In this document: one piece after another, positions 30,901 to 38,771 of the stretch
Layout: each line of letters starts with the position of its first letter
Numbering within the stretch: position 1 is the stretch's first letter
From: a virus
Length of the DNA: 64,000 nucleotides
Virus record (IMG/VR): IMGVR_UViG_3300032285_003393
Location: 37,704-101,703 of that record
Strand: one strand, 5' to 3'
Position numbers and translations under genes: made by a program
The notes under the pieces: model-generated
Told to the model about the DNA's origin: nothing
Databases searched by the model: none
Seen by the model: the letters and a program-made list of their open reading frames with translations, nothing else

Positions 30901-31480
30901 CACCAAACATAGCGATTGGCATTGTTAAGCCTACGGTTAACTGACGGCCCATCCACTGGGTATTTTTACCAAAATCAATAAGTTTCATAGAACCGTCATG
31001 AAGTGCGGTATTCAATGCTTTTTGATAGAATATAGCTTTTTCTTGTGCTGTAACAACACCATTAATATCTGTAACTAGTTTTGCATATCCAGGACGAAGG
31101 GGATCAGCGATTGCTACAGATCTATTTATTCTTGCTTGCTGTTGAGATAGAACGTCTAGCTCTTTGGATACTCCATTTACGTTATCCCGCCAGATTTTAT
31201 AATATTGATTTAAACTTAATTTTCCAGCTTCAAGTTGCTTACCAAATTTGGTAACACTATCAGTCATTGCAACATGCTGAATTGTAAATGCACGGGTTGA
31301 TTGAATTGCACTATCAAATGCTGATTGTGCACCTTTTATTTCGGCTGCTATTCCAGGAGCAAATGGCCCACCGACAGAAACTTTCTGTAGTGAAGCCATT
31401 GCTTCTTTAAGTTTTGTTACCTCTGCATATACCTGTTGGAACTGTGCATTAGCAACAATATTTAATTGAATATTATTCAA
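24947..31480 (-). CDS. Tape measure protein (TP901-family core)
   Basis: 2177 aa helical; GRQLTVGLTMP, NFLNAVENQTS; two GG..G.G..D...AMLxxGE.V motifs; follows tail chaperones. Confidence 0.93.
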   Translation of the reverse strand: MNNIQLNIVANAQFQQVYAEVTKLKEAMASLQKVSVGGPFAPGIAAEIKGAQSAFDSAIQSTRAFTIQHVAMTDSVTKFGKQLEAGKLSLNQYYKIWRDNVNGVSKELDVLSQQQARINRSVAIADPLRPGYAKLVTDINGVVTAQEKAIFYQKALNTALHDGSMKLIDFGKNTQWMGRQLTVGLTMPIAMFGASIATAFNTVDKELTRMQKVYGTGLIQPTQAALKQIRTDVQALGNELARTLGTSMQDTAAMAADLAATGLEGSKLLNATKESLRLATLGELDHQQAMQATVSLQNVYKLSTQGLSEAVNFLNAVENQTSTSLQDLVDAIPRVGPIVQQLGGSFKDTAAMMVAMKEAGVPAAQGANAIKSALSSLINPTKNAQTAFKQYNIDLQSIATKTGGAPIQMLKALADQMKNLDRLSQAQLIEKMFGKFQFARVQALLDNINKAGSQTQTVFNLMGASTTELATLASNELKTQTESASGQFKRMIETVKADLLPMGEAFLNSFTRIGNIVDKVLKMFQNLSHILGPVAGLLGKVFGGGFAGLVLIGPILMLTGLFANLIGNLMKGANYIRMFRQGMEQASETQSKFAAGVQNLRNFYENLDLGMVAARRQLDLMPEAITSNAKAFDILNASIRQLTLQFESLAAAQAAAAGMPMGGAKSPLTHLPKMATGGIVPGTGNKDTYAAMLTPGETVIPKAQSSKYGSLINSIISNKVPGYSKGLFATDAGDFMDVTVQKLHIFSEQSGGILSALTSVYERLIGPARRLERIDTSTAGALMGGTARLNQLTRRGAGGATGEEVLQELRLFPQLTGKGGEKLDPMALMKKVASRIMPDGTDQVETDRKLDAAYQKLIDRVERRAKAEERLARMQDRAPRKIFGSNPGQQSFESFTESVMRRELGGIQTAVPGASGQMSLPDVFANVVATRGQQYRGTGSERELRQGTGETFWRNPNGELIPYSQSIMKTGFGVPEAAISTLSGSVPGSFGTGEAETYAESLGKRLIKRVRRAVRANSDSQEAILVSKDIDSGLAHGLEKHAPMVTTSASQLMTAVQQELELKLPAITGSVERGFNKKVFIPLEELSLAAGRKAGSNLTSGFSQMSLPGIGTQTFLGMPGLRPGMNPAPLGPLSRLKNAASNPMAMMGMGMLAPMAISMVPSQIGGKDLSGAQSTAQSAIAMGSTAAMVLQFSKFAGMAGPVGLAVGGLTAALGGLQLAFKNSDEAAKQASDAIVKNYQSAADQINSYRITDSSALKTQIQMQDVQLKTYDKLSDSQKKATSSADKLTQAYDNISKASTLQKQILAGQALGTAQSQGANSLSNQIRGLIFGRTSESNISNIAHLGLGALMPSLKAKDTGYYQSLGQSQLLKQLTSKPTSYEELVSPTYLANLDKGKTKLDAFAQALLGSRESFGLWNKEVSLSNPALAKLNEQLDKNGTSLQNIIQLNQAFAAGFFQSTNAIDWASTHLDQFRTAFATYQDKIKADVEKAKAQLSADQAKADELNKIAQGDTFTKDDEIAVKANEKKIKTIQDEVKKRDELYNAQMRNIEAQQQQMNLEADVVKARGSGNLLQMAVAQQNLNIQKTKDAMANAKANADRSSQNKIDALQAEIDKLNAKKSGTASVEQKAAAAAANAKVQKDLEALAAAQIGQGPEAKKFADAFDISHRTLPTPADKPVIPVIPELMPKWLKEFKWPEFLKPKWLEGFKWPEFLKPEWVKNIKWPEFLKPKWLEGFKWPEFTEPKWLVGLKEWFGKLKWPEIKVPAALESIFDTGKGILKKISAPITAAKKVLSKPTSILKKVAKGTVGKVVAKTTKVLGPVGAALSTWDAFQNAQKTGKFSATELGKSTAISAGAGAVVGSVVPGAGTTAGALSGGAWGFGTDLAGQLLGLLLSGGKGNSTKTTKVENKGKVENTNSGKIDNKSTGEQTNTNAGNHKTTNSGNHTTTNTGSHTTTNSGSHKTTNSGAHTTTNSGAHKTTNSGAHTTTNSGAHKTTNSGNHTVSNTGHHTVTNTGASNTTVKGSSSIAANNSTIVGPVTIAHLSVAVSTTVVAPDPVKKARGGIIHAATGLLIGAGTGTSDSIPAMLSNGEYVVNAGSVTKYGTAFMDAINNKTYKVPSSLGSFATASISDAVNSSTSVGGNVINLFPPQGSDSNHIANLVLTKLNQAASKQQTRRTV
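25430..25765 (-). repeat. In-frame 24-bp (octapeptide) tandem repeat in TMP, consensus N(S/T)GxH(K/T)TT
   Basis: Ten consecutive His-bearing units plus four degenerate flanking units. Confidence 0.92.
26195..26422 (-). repeat. In-frame 42-bp (14-aa) tandem repeat in TMP, PKWLEGFKWPEFLK
   Basis: Four full units plus one degenerate unit. Confidence 0.92.
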
Positions 31481-31483
31481 CCG

Positions 31484-31801
31484 TTAACCCTCCACAACAT
31501 GCCCAAGACCTAAACCTATTCCGAATCCATCTTGTGATGCACGGAATCCCTTGATCTTAGTAATATCTTCATCTTCTGCAGATGAACCTTCTTCTAAGTC
31601 TACACCTTGCAGTGCAGCTAGAAACTTTTTATCTCTTGCATCCTTATCATGAATAGCTTTCAAAGTTAGCATGAGTTCTTCAACAGATATTGAAGATTCT
31701 AGGTCTTCGTAATTCTTCCAAGTTCCTGTAAGAAAAACTTCAGATTCTAGAGTGGCGAGATCTAGAGATTCCCAGCTAGATTCGCCCCTGGGAAGTTTGG
31801 G
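31484..31801 (-). CDS. Tail assembly chaperone, -1 frame extension (GT-type product fused to 31762..32103)
   Basis: -1 frame is open from the slippery site: PKLPRGESSWESLDLATLESEVFLTGTWKNYEDLE...GFGIGLGL; lies between chaperone and TMP. Confidence 0.82.
   Translation of the reverse strand, partial: PKLPRGESSWESLDLATLESEVFLTGTWKNYEDLESSISVEELMLTLKAIHDKDARDKKFLAALQGVDLEEGSSAEDEDITKIKGFRASQDGFGIGLGLGHVVEG
31754..31801 (-). promoter_or_regulatory. Programmed -1 frameshift signal: C CCA AAC heptamer plus downstream stem-loop
   Basis: X XXY YYZ heptamer at 31801-31795 in the correct frame; GGCGA-AUCUAG / CUAGAU-C-UCGCC stem begins 8 nt downstream. Confidence 0.8.
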
Positions 31802-32103
31802 TCATCATCATTAAGTTTCAACCCTCCTGCAACTTCAAGAACTTTCATGAGTGTAGGAATTTCAATGATGTTTTCAAACTCCTCTTTATCAAGAGCAAGT
31901 TCTGGAGCAAACTGTTCCATACAAACCATTCCAGCTTCAATGAAAATTTCCATTGCTTGCTCTTCGGTCTCTACGGATTTGTCCTGTAGTTTTTTAACTA
32001 CCGCTAAAAATTTCTTTAAGTGTTTAATTGTTAATGGTTTAATTGTAATTGTTTTTTCGTTTGAGAGCTTGATTTCAAGTGTCTCATATACTGTTGTTGG
32101 CAT
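31762..32103 (-). CDS. Tail assembly chaperone (G-type)
   Basis: Position between tail tube and TMP; ends at a slippery heptamer. Confidence 0.85.
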   Translation of the reverse strand: MPTTVYETLEIKLSNEKTITIKPLTIKHLKKFLAVVKKLQDKSVETEEQAMEIFIEAGMVCMEQFAPELALDKEEFENIIEIPTLMKVLEVAGGLKLNDDDPNFPGANLAGNL

Positions 32104-32146
32104 TAAATCTCCTTTGTCCTAATAAGAATTATAGCAAAATATATAT

Positions 32147-32188
32147 AAAAAACATAAATACCCTTCATTTCTGAAGGGTATTTATGTT
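32147..32188 (-). terminator. Intrinsic terminator after the major tail gene
   Basis: Perfect 17-bp inverted repeat 32151-32167 / 32172-32188, GAAA loop on the minus strand, U-run follows. Confidence 0.88.
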
Positions 32189-32202
32189 AATACTAAAATG
32201 TA

Positions 32203-32916
32203 TTAAAGAGAGTTGTAAACTCTATCTACGATAACACCGTATTCTGCACCATCGTATGCATCGGCATCGTCTGGTAAGCAACGGAACTGAACTGGGAATA
32301 CAGTTGCAGTATCACGCTTCAATGCGTGAGATGTTGTTTCAACCTGTACGACACGACGTGCTACATAAACACGCTCTTTGCCAGGCAAAGAAGTTACTGC
32401 TGATACATCAACTCCACCGATTGTTCCTGGAGCATTTCCAACGATAACTAGAGAACGCTCTACTGGAGCATCTCCCAAAGCACCTGAAGCAAGCTTCAAA
32501 GTTGCTGTGCTGTTAGCTGGAGTACTTGTCAATGTAGTAGAAGTTGAACCTGTAGATCCACTGTAAACAGTGTATGAATCTGCCTGTCCGAATACTACAT
32601 GGATGTTTTCAAGAGTTGCCTCTGTTAATTCTGTCTTAAGCATAACTTTAATTGTTTGCTTGAAAAGACGTGCTGCATCAAGAAGTTGATCAACCATAAC
32701 TTCACCATAACCTGGCTCGTATGAAACTTCAAGACCTGCGGTTGTATAACCTAAGTCTCTCCACTTTGATCCTGTATTGAGATATCCTGCTGCTTTTTGT
32801 GATCCCCAAGCGAGGTCACCCGCACCAGGAACTGTTGTTGGACGATTTGAGCCAGATGCTGTACTCATGTAGATCTGTGCTGCACCAACGATAATATTTT
32901 TTACATTTGCTGCCAT
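32203..32916 (-). CDS. Major tail (tube) protein
   Basis: NIIVGAA, LGYTTAGLEVSYEP, VDQLLD, LTEATLENI; strong RBS; own terminator. Confidence 0.85.
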   Translation of the reverse strand: MAANVKNIIVGAAQIYMSTASGSNRPTTVPGAGDLAWGSQKAAGYLNTGSKWRDLGYTTAGLEVSYEPGYGEVMVDQLLDAARLFKQTIKVMLKTELTEATLENIHVVFGQADSYTVYSGSTGSTSTTLTSTPANSTATLKLASGALGDAPVERSLVIVGNAPGTIGGVDVSAVTSLPGKERVYVARRVVQVETTSHALKRDTATVFPVQFRCLPDDADAYDGAEYGVIVDRVYNSL

Positions 32917-33006
32917 TTATTTATTTCACCACCTTTATTTTTATAAAGTTTGACATGAAATCTTCCTCGTATGATAATAATAGCATAGCGAAAGAATAAA
33001 GCGAAT

Positions 33007-33513
33007 TTAGAATCTTCCGTTTGCTTGTGTTTTCCTAGAATAGGAGTATGAGAAGGAAATTGTGCCTATTTGGTAATCGCCTTCTGAGCTGAATGGCTCT
33101 GGGGAAAAGATTGAGTCTACCATTAAATGATGAAAGATAAATGCTGAAGCCCCGCCTAAATAGTCATTTACGTCTTTTGCACTCTCATCATATCTTCTGA
33201 ATAGGTCCTGCATGAAGTTTGTAAGTTCATTGACTTTTTCATAATTCTGAGATATAACTGAGATGGACATACCTTCTTCAGTCATCCACCATTGAACTGG
33301 AATTGGCTTTACCTCATAGTCATATATCATGTAAGTTTTACCTGGAAGTAGGTTATTGAACTCTGGAACCTGTTGAGAAGGGATAATTGGGACTAATGGG
33401 TCATCAAATCCATCTGCATAATAATTTTGGATATCAAGCAATCCAGCCTCTTTTATTTTGGCCCAAACATATTGCCTAACTTGAGATGATGCTATATTAG
33501 AATAAATTGTCAT
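33007..33513 (-). CDS. Tail terminator / tail completion protein
   Basis: Position immediately upstream of the tail tube gene. Confidence 0.6.
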   Translation of the reverse strand: MTIYSNIASSQVRQYVWAKIKEAGLLDIQNYYADGFDDPLVPIIPSQQVPEFNNLLPGKTYMIYDYEVKPIPVQWWMTEEGMSISVISQNYEKVNELTNFMQDLFRRYDESAKDVNDYLGGASAFIFHHLMVDSIFSPEPFSSEGDYQIGTISFSYSYSRKTQANGRF

Positions 33514-34236
33514 ATTACAGATTGATCGTTAGAGTATTGACGAAGCAAATTAATTATTGCTTGTTTAACTTCTCTTGATCCTGCCCCTTTCTTATTTAAA
33601 ACTTTAACAGTTTCATTGTCTATTGCTTCAATAATTCCAGATCTCTCTAGAACTGAATTCAATTTTGTATCAAACCAACTATTGAAAAATTTTTCAAACG
33701 AGCCCTTTACTTGTTTTCCTCCAGGGTAGTAATTTCTTATTACAGTTCCTGCTGCTATAAATCTAATTTTGTCTCCGTCTGGAATCGGTAAGTTTTTTGA
33801 AGCTCTATAGATAATAGGTTTTCCAGATTCCATTACAGATGCTTTGTCCTTAAATACATGCTTTGAAGCTACGGACTTTCCAGTTCTTCCTGATTCTAAC
33901 AATCTTGGATCAACTGGAACCTTATTCTTTGATTTAACAAAACCTGGATTTACAACTAGTTTTCCACCAGTACTGCTTTTATTATACAAGAAATAAAGTC
34001 TACCCATTGGCATTCCTGCTTGCTTCCATTCATAGATATGATGATATTTTTTAGGGTTAGCCTTTGCTTCTAAATCCATTGCTTTTTTAAAGGCTTTTGC
34101 GCCTACAACAAAAACGGCATTTGCTAATTCTTCCAAAACAGCAGGAGTTGTGAGTTCTTTAACTCCTCCTACTTTAAGATTAATCTCTCTTTCAATATTT
34201 GTGATATCAAAATCATTCGCCCGTATTGTTATCATT
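33510..34236 (-). CDS. Neck / tail completion protein
   Basis: HHIYEW motif, position in the head-tail joining block; start uncertain. Confidence 0.55.
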
Positions 34237-34662
34237 TTGTACATGCACCCTCTGAAGTATGACTTCATAATAAGAAATTCTTCCGAACGGATCTAAGACC
34301 GCATGAGACGCTGTTACTTCAAAAATTGTGTCTGGAGAATTAATTCTATCAATTTCAATATATACTTGCTTGCCATCATTTGTTCTAATATTATGGATTC
34401 TCCAACGCTTAGACATTGGAACAAGACACTTCATTTTTAACTGAAGTTTTTCATCATACTCATTATGCTTACCTATGTCAAAGCGTTTATTATCATATCT
34501 ATTTCCGCCACCAGAAGACTTTAGAGGCTCAATCTTACATTGAACTGTGTCATGATACAGCCATTCTCTTTTTACAGTTCCACTGATTGAAGATTGATTA
34601 TTCTGCTGCTTATAAATCTGAGCAGTCATATTCATGACACTTTGAACAATGGAATTATTCAT
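34213..34662 (-). CDS. Head closure / head-tail adaptor protein
   Basis: Position and beta-rich stopper-like sequence. Confidence 0.6.
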   Translation of the reverse strand: MNNSIVQSVMNMTAQIYKQQNNQSSISGTVKREWLYHDTVQCKIEPLKSSGGGNRYDNKRFDIGKHNEYDEKLQLKMKCLVPMSKRWRIHNIRTNDGKQVYIEIDRINSPDTIFEVTASHAVLDPFGRISYYEVILQRVHVQNDNNTGE

Positions 34663-35612
34663 TAAATTATCACTATTCCAATATTTCTATAACTATCAAG
34701 AATTGAATCTACAATTGCATTACCAGTTCCGTTAAATGCTCCCTTGGATAACTCAAAAGACATTTCACTTAAACTAACTTTCTTTAAGTATTTTTGTCTC
34801 CATTGTGCATCTTGAGCTAGGTAGTCTCCAGCCAATATTACTGTACATCTTCTTATATCTTGAGGAACATAAGGCCAACCTTTTTCCCCATAAACCATGT
34901 AACGGTATCCAGATCTGAATCTTCCGCCATAAGTGACTGTAGGGTCAAATGATGGTTCATAGTTTAATATTCCTAGACTATCATTATTGATAATTCTTAT
35001 AGCCTTATATGTTGGAGTTAATTCTACATCCCAGCCAAAATTGTTATATACTGGATCTTGAGTATAGTCAAGAGCAAGAACTCCATTTTCATAAAGCTTT
35101 TCAACGGATAGCATTCTTTCCACTAGTTCTAGTGCGTCAGAGTCATTTCCAAATATCTCTTGCTGCCCCCAGGTTCTGCCGAATGTCTGCTGTGCATAAT
35201 TTTCAATTTGCATACGAGCAATAAATTCTGCTGCCTGAATCTCATCAACGCTTTTATAATTAAGATCAGAAGGTCTTGTCCCAAAGTTAAAGTAATTAAC
35301 TATGTCAGACACAGAAGCGTATGGGGTATAAACCTCATAAAAGTCTTCCTGAGTAGTTGCATGTCCATTTATAGAATAAGACCAAGTTACCTTTAAAATT
35401 CTATTTAATGTTGTATAGGTTGTTGGGAAAGCAATAGTATACTTGCCTATTTCCTCATCGTTATATGCAACTAGGTTACTTGCTATTACCGTGTCTGGGT
35501 AATCTGCATCAACAACTGTGGCAACAACACTCCCGTCAGCATTTGCTACTTCTTCATTATCATATATGACTAACTCTAGGGTATCTGTTGTACCACGAAT
35601 AATTTGATGCAT
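34662..35612 (-). CDS. Head-tail connector with N-terminal Ig-like domain
   Basis: PYASV, IENYAQQTF, GWPYVPQDIRRC, TGNAIVDSILDSY. Confidence 0.7.
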   Translation of the reverse strand: MHQIIRGTTDTLELVIYDNEEVANADGSVVATVVDADYPDTVIASNLVAYNDEEIGKYTIAFPTTYTTLNRILKVTWSYSINGHATTQEDFYEVYTPYASVSDIVNYFNFGTRPSDLNYKSVDEIQAAEFIARMQIENYAQQTFGRTWGQQEIFGNDSDALELVERMLSVEKLYENGVLALDYTQDPVYNNFGWDVELTPTYKAIRIINNDSLGILNYEPSFDPTVTYGGRFRSGYRYMVYGEKGWPYVPQDIRRCTVILAGDYLAQDAQWRQKYLKKVSLSEMSFELSKGAFNGTGNAIVDSILDSYRNIGIVII

Positions 35613-35625
35613 TTACTACCTCCGT

Positions 35626-36012
35626 TTAATTATAAAAGTCTTGAACCTCTCTTGGAGTTGCTGGACGGAATCCTGGCTCTGTATCAAATATCTTTTGGGC
35701 TTCTCCCTCAGACATCGCTACAAAAGGATGTTCTTGGGTAAATGTGTATCCATAGACTGTATAAGAAGGATTAGCTTTATCCATTCTAACTAGGATTGTA
35801 TTTGATTTTTCAAGAGCTACCTTGCCCTGCTTTTTAGGTTGTTCAAGTTCAACCTTTTCTGAACCACTAAACTTAGCATATTCATTGTAGGTAATTCCCT
35901 CATCTTGCATCGCTAGGATAATAGCTTGTTTTGATGCTTTCTCTGGGATATCAATACCAAAATTTGTTGCAATCTTTTTTAATTCTGAAATTTTCATTGT
36001 GTCAAAAGACAT
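35626..36012 (-). CDS. Hypothetical protein with N-terminal HeH/Rho-N-like motif
   Basis: MKISELKKIATNFGI...KQAII; GAAAGGA RBS. Confidence 0.55.
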   Translation of the reverse strand: MSFDTMKISELKKIATNFGIDIPEKASKQAIILAMQDEGITYNEYAKFSGSEKVELEQPKKQGKVALEKSNTILVRMDKANPSYTVYGYTFTQEHPFVAMSEGEAQKIFDTEPGFRPATPREVQDFYN

Positions 36013-36056
36013 TGTATTTCCTTTCGTTCTGAATAAATTATACCATTTATGTAATT

Positions 36057-36093
36057 AAAAGAGTAAGGGGAGCATATAAATGCCCCCCTTACT
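36057..36093 (-). terminator. Intrinsic terminator after the major capsid gene
   Basis: 14-bp stem AGUAAGGGGGGCAU / AUGCUCCCCUUACU; its single irregularity is a G-U pair on the minus strand; followed by CUUUU. Confidence 0.85.
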
Positions 36094-36112
36094 TTGCACC
36101 TTAAAGGTTATA

Positions 36113-37270
36113 TTAGAATGTACCTCTAGCACCAGTGTTTGGATTAGATACCAAAGAACCGTGTGTGATAGAACCGAAGGAACCGAAGCTTGTGCCTGAT
36201 ACCTTAACATTCTTTACAATTACATGTGCGTCATAGTTTTCAAATGCACAGCCAACACGGATAAAAAGAGTATACTCAATTGTATCCTTCTTTGGCTGGA
36301 ACAGACGATAGACTACAACATCACGCTTGATACCAACGATGAAGTTCTGTGGGAATGTTAGGTGAAGATCACCGAACAAACCAGCAGATGCATCGTAACC
36401 TGAGTCACCGATTGCACGGCCTGCTGAGTCACGAGTTTCATCCATTAGAGGAACGTTGATTACTGGAATGCCGAAGGCAAACGGAGTTGTTGATCCTGGG
36501 CCACCTTCGTTAGCGACTACGTCACCACGAATTACGCCTGAAGCGATATCCCAAGGATTAACTGAACCTGCATTCGCTGTAAGATTATATAGATAATCTT
36601 GTACGAGGTTTGACCCTACGAAGAAGCGAAGTTGGTTACGACGTTGCTTGTACTTACGAGGCAAGGTCTTGATTGCTGTATTGAATACAGCCTTATCTAG
36701 TCCCTGTCCGTTACCGTCAACAACGTGTGCATTTGTAAGAGCTTGTGAGCGGAAGCCAGCGAATGCTGACATCAATCCACTACCACTACCCTTTCCATTA
36801 ATAAGAACATCTTCAATGTCATTACCTGCCTGTGTTGCCATCAGACGTGCAATATGATCCTCTAGATCTGGACCTTCAATATTGTCTTCTAGAGACTCTG
36901 CTGAAAGTTCCCAGTCAAGACGCAACTTGCGTGTTGTTAGAGAAATCTTAGAAAATGTTGCACCTGCTGCAGTTCCTGCTGTGTCAATTCCTTGTGCATA
37001 ATCACGAGGATTGTCTTCAGCTGCAACTGTCATTAAACGCTGTCCAACTGATACACGATCAATTTCTGTTGTATTTGAACGCATACGAATTGTACGAGCT
37101 GCCTTTGCGAGAATTGTTGCATCCCACATGTAATCAAGGAAACGATTTGCCTGATCTGGGTATAGGAGACCTGTACCTGAACCAGTAACGTTATCTCCAG
37201 ATAGATTAGGATTTGGAGTTGTTCCTAGATTTGTTGTGTCAATTACTTTTTGTAAAAGTTCATTGCTCAT
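36113..37270 (-). CDS. Major capsid protein (HK97 fold)
   Basis: GLLYPDQANRFLDY, LEDNIEG, NDIEDVLING, LPRKY; follows protease; strong RBS. Confidence 0.92.
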   Translation of the reverse strand: MSNELLQKVIDTTNLGTTPNPNLSGDNVTGSGTGLLYPDQANRFLDYMWDATILAKAARTIRMRSNTTEIDRVSVGQRLMTVAAEDNPRDYAQGIDTAGTAAGATFSKISLTTRKLRLDWELSAESLEDNIEGPDLEDHIARLMATQAGNDIEDVLINGKGSGSGLMSAFAGFRSQALTNAHVVDGNGQGLDKAVFNTAIKTLPRKYKQRRNQLRFFVGSNLVQDYLYNLTANAGSVNPWDIASGVIRGDVVANEGGPGSTTPFAFGIPVINVPLMDETRDSAGRAIGDSGYDASAGLFGDLHLTFPQNFIVGIKRDVVVYRLFQPKKDTIEYTLFIRVGCAFENYDAHVIVKNVKVSGTSFGSFGSITHGSLVSNPNTGARGTF

Positions 37271-37303
37271 TATTTATTTCACCACCTTTTTTTTTGTTGA
37301 TTT

Positions 37304-38716
37304 TTATAGGTTTTGGACTCCGAGGAAGGATCCTTGCCAAATACTTTTTTGTATTTTTGTGTCTCTTGGTGAGTTTTCAACTTCACCAATTGACTTTTTT
37401 ACTGCAGTGTCGCTTTCATAAGATTCAAAACGCTTTTCAAGAGATTCAACTCTCTTGAAGAAGTCGGCGATATGATTCGTGAGACCCATAAGCTCTTTTT
37501 TAATATCTTCAACTGCGTTTGTCATTTCAGAACGTGCTGATTCTACTGAATCAACAGATTTCTGTAGTTTAGAATCTACATCTGCAGAATTCTTATTTAT
37601 TGCTTCACCAAAGAGGTTTTGCAGATCTGTCAACATCTTTGCAAAAGATTCAGTTGAATCTGCGAGTGTGACTGATTTTTCTACGGCATCCTCTGATGCT
37701 TCTTCTGCTGGAGCTTCTGCTGCTGGAGCTTCTGCTGCCTCTACTGTTTCTGCTGGAGTTTCTACAACTTCATCAGAAGGTGTATTTGTTTCATCTGTCA
37801 TTTTATTACCTCCTTTACTGAGTGAAGCATCTGCATCACTCTTATTTATTTTTGTTCCATCATTGAACAAAAATTTCTCGTTAGGGTTTTGGTCAGGATA
37901 AAGATTAATTGTTTTATTTGAATCAACAACTCCTGCGTCACCTTCTTTTGTTGTTGCTGCATGGTCTGGACCTGGAGCATCATCTTTCTTTAAATAAGAA
38001 TCAATTACTTTTTGAATTGAATATGCTTTTTCTGTTTCAGAACTTTCAATCCAACCGATTGAATTCATTCTTGATCCACAGATAACACAATCTTTTGTAT
38101 CAGACTTTGTAGTTGATGCAATTTGATCATGTGAGCACCAGAACACATTTTCAATATTTGTATCTGCTGCCATTCCTTTAAAAAATGTAGTTCCATCAGA
38201 TAATTTCTGAATGGATAAAATACTTGCTAGTGGGTTTGCTGGAGAGTCAACCAAAGATAATTCCATAAGATCATATTCTTTAATGATTCTACGTTCTTTA
38301 TCTGATTCTGCATCTCCTGGTTCAAATGAAGACTGAACAATATTTCCACCAATTGAAAATCCCGTCATTGTTCCATCAAGAACTTTTTCCCATGTGTCTT
38401 GTGCGCCTTTTGAAACATAAGCGTTTACATAAATACCTTTGTATGTAATTCCAGATTCTTTATCAAAGAAATCTTCTGGATGAAATGAAACAACTTTTCC
38501 TACCGCTACTGGAGCATGCATTTCACGGAGGTTTCCTCTAAAACGTGCAAATGCTTTTTCTGATGCTTCTGATGTTACAACATCTCCATGACGGTCAATG
38601 TTATCTAATGTAGCAAATCCAGAGACAGTTCTCTTTTCCTTATCAACCTTTGTGATAGGAAATGATAGGTTTATTCTTGATTCACTATTACTGAAATTTG
38701 CTTTATTGATTTTCAT
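37304..38716 (-). CDS. Prohead protease fused to scaffold-like acidic/coiled-coil region
   Basis: VSGFAT...DRHGD, REMH, GFSIGG, ELSLVDSPAN; internal Cys ribbon; AEAPA-rich linker. Confidence 0.9.
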   Translation of the reverse strand: MKINKANFSNSESRINLSFPITKVDKEKRTVSGFATLDNIDRHGDVVTSEASEKAFARFRGNLREMHAPVAVGKVVSFHPEDFFDKESGITYKGIYVNAYVSKGAQDTWEKVLDGTMTGFSIGGNIVQSSFEPGDAESDKERRIIKEYDLMELSLVDSPANPLASILSIQKLSDGTTFFKGMAADTNIENVFWCSHDQIASTTKSDTKDCVICGSRMNSIGWIESSETEKAYSIQKVIDSYLKKDDAPGPDHAATTKEGDAGVVDSNKTINLYPDQNPNEKFLFNDGTKINKSDADASLSKGGNKMTDETNTPSDEVVETPAETVEAAEAPAAEAPAEEASEDAVEKSVTLADSTESFAKMLTDLQNLFGEAINKNSADVDSKLQKSVDSVESARSEMTNAVEDIKKELMGLTNHIADFFKRVESLEKRFESYESDTAVKKSIGEVENSPRDTKIQKSIWQGSFLGVQNL

Positions 38717-38771
38717 ACTAAGTAAATAATAGCAATAAAGTTGTTAAACTCAAAATATACAACAACTCTTT

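Noticed and set aside
31484-31672. Independent 62-aa gene before the TMP
   Set aside because: Its frame is open back to the slippery site; better explained as the frameshift extension
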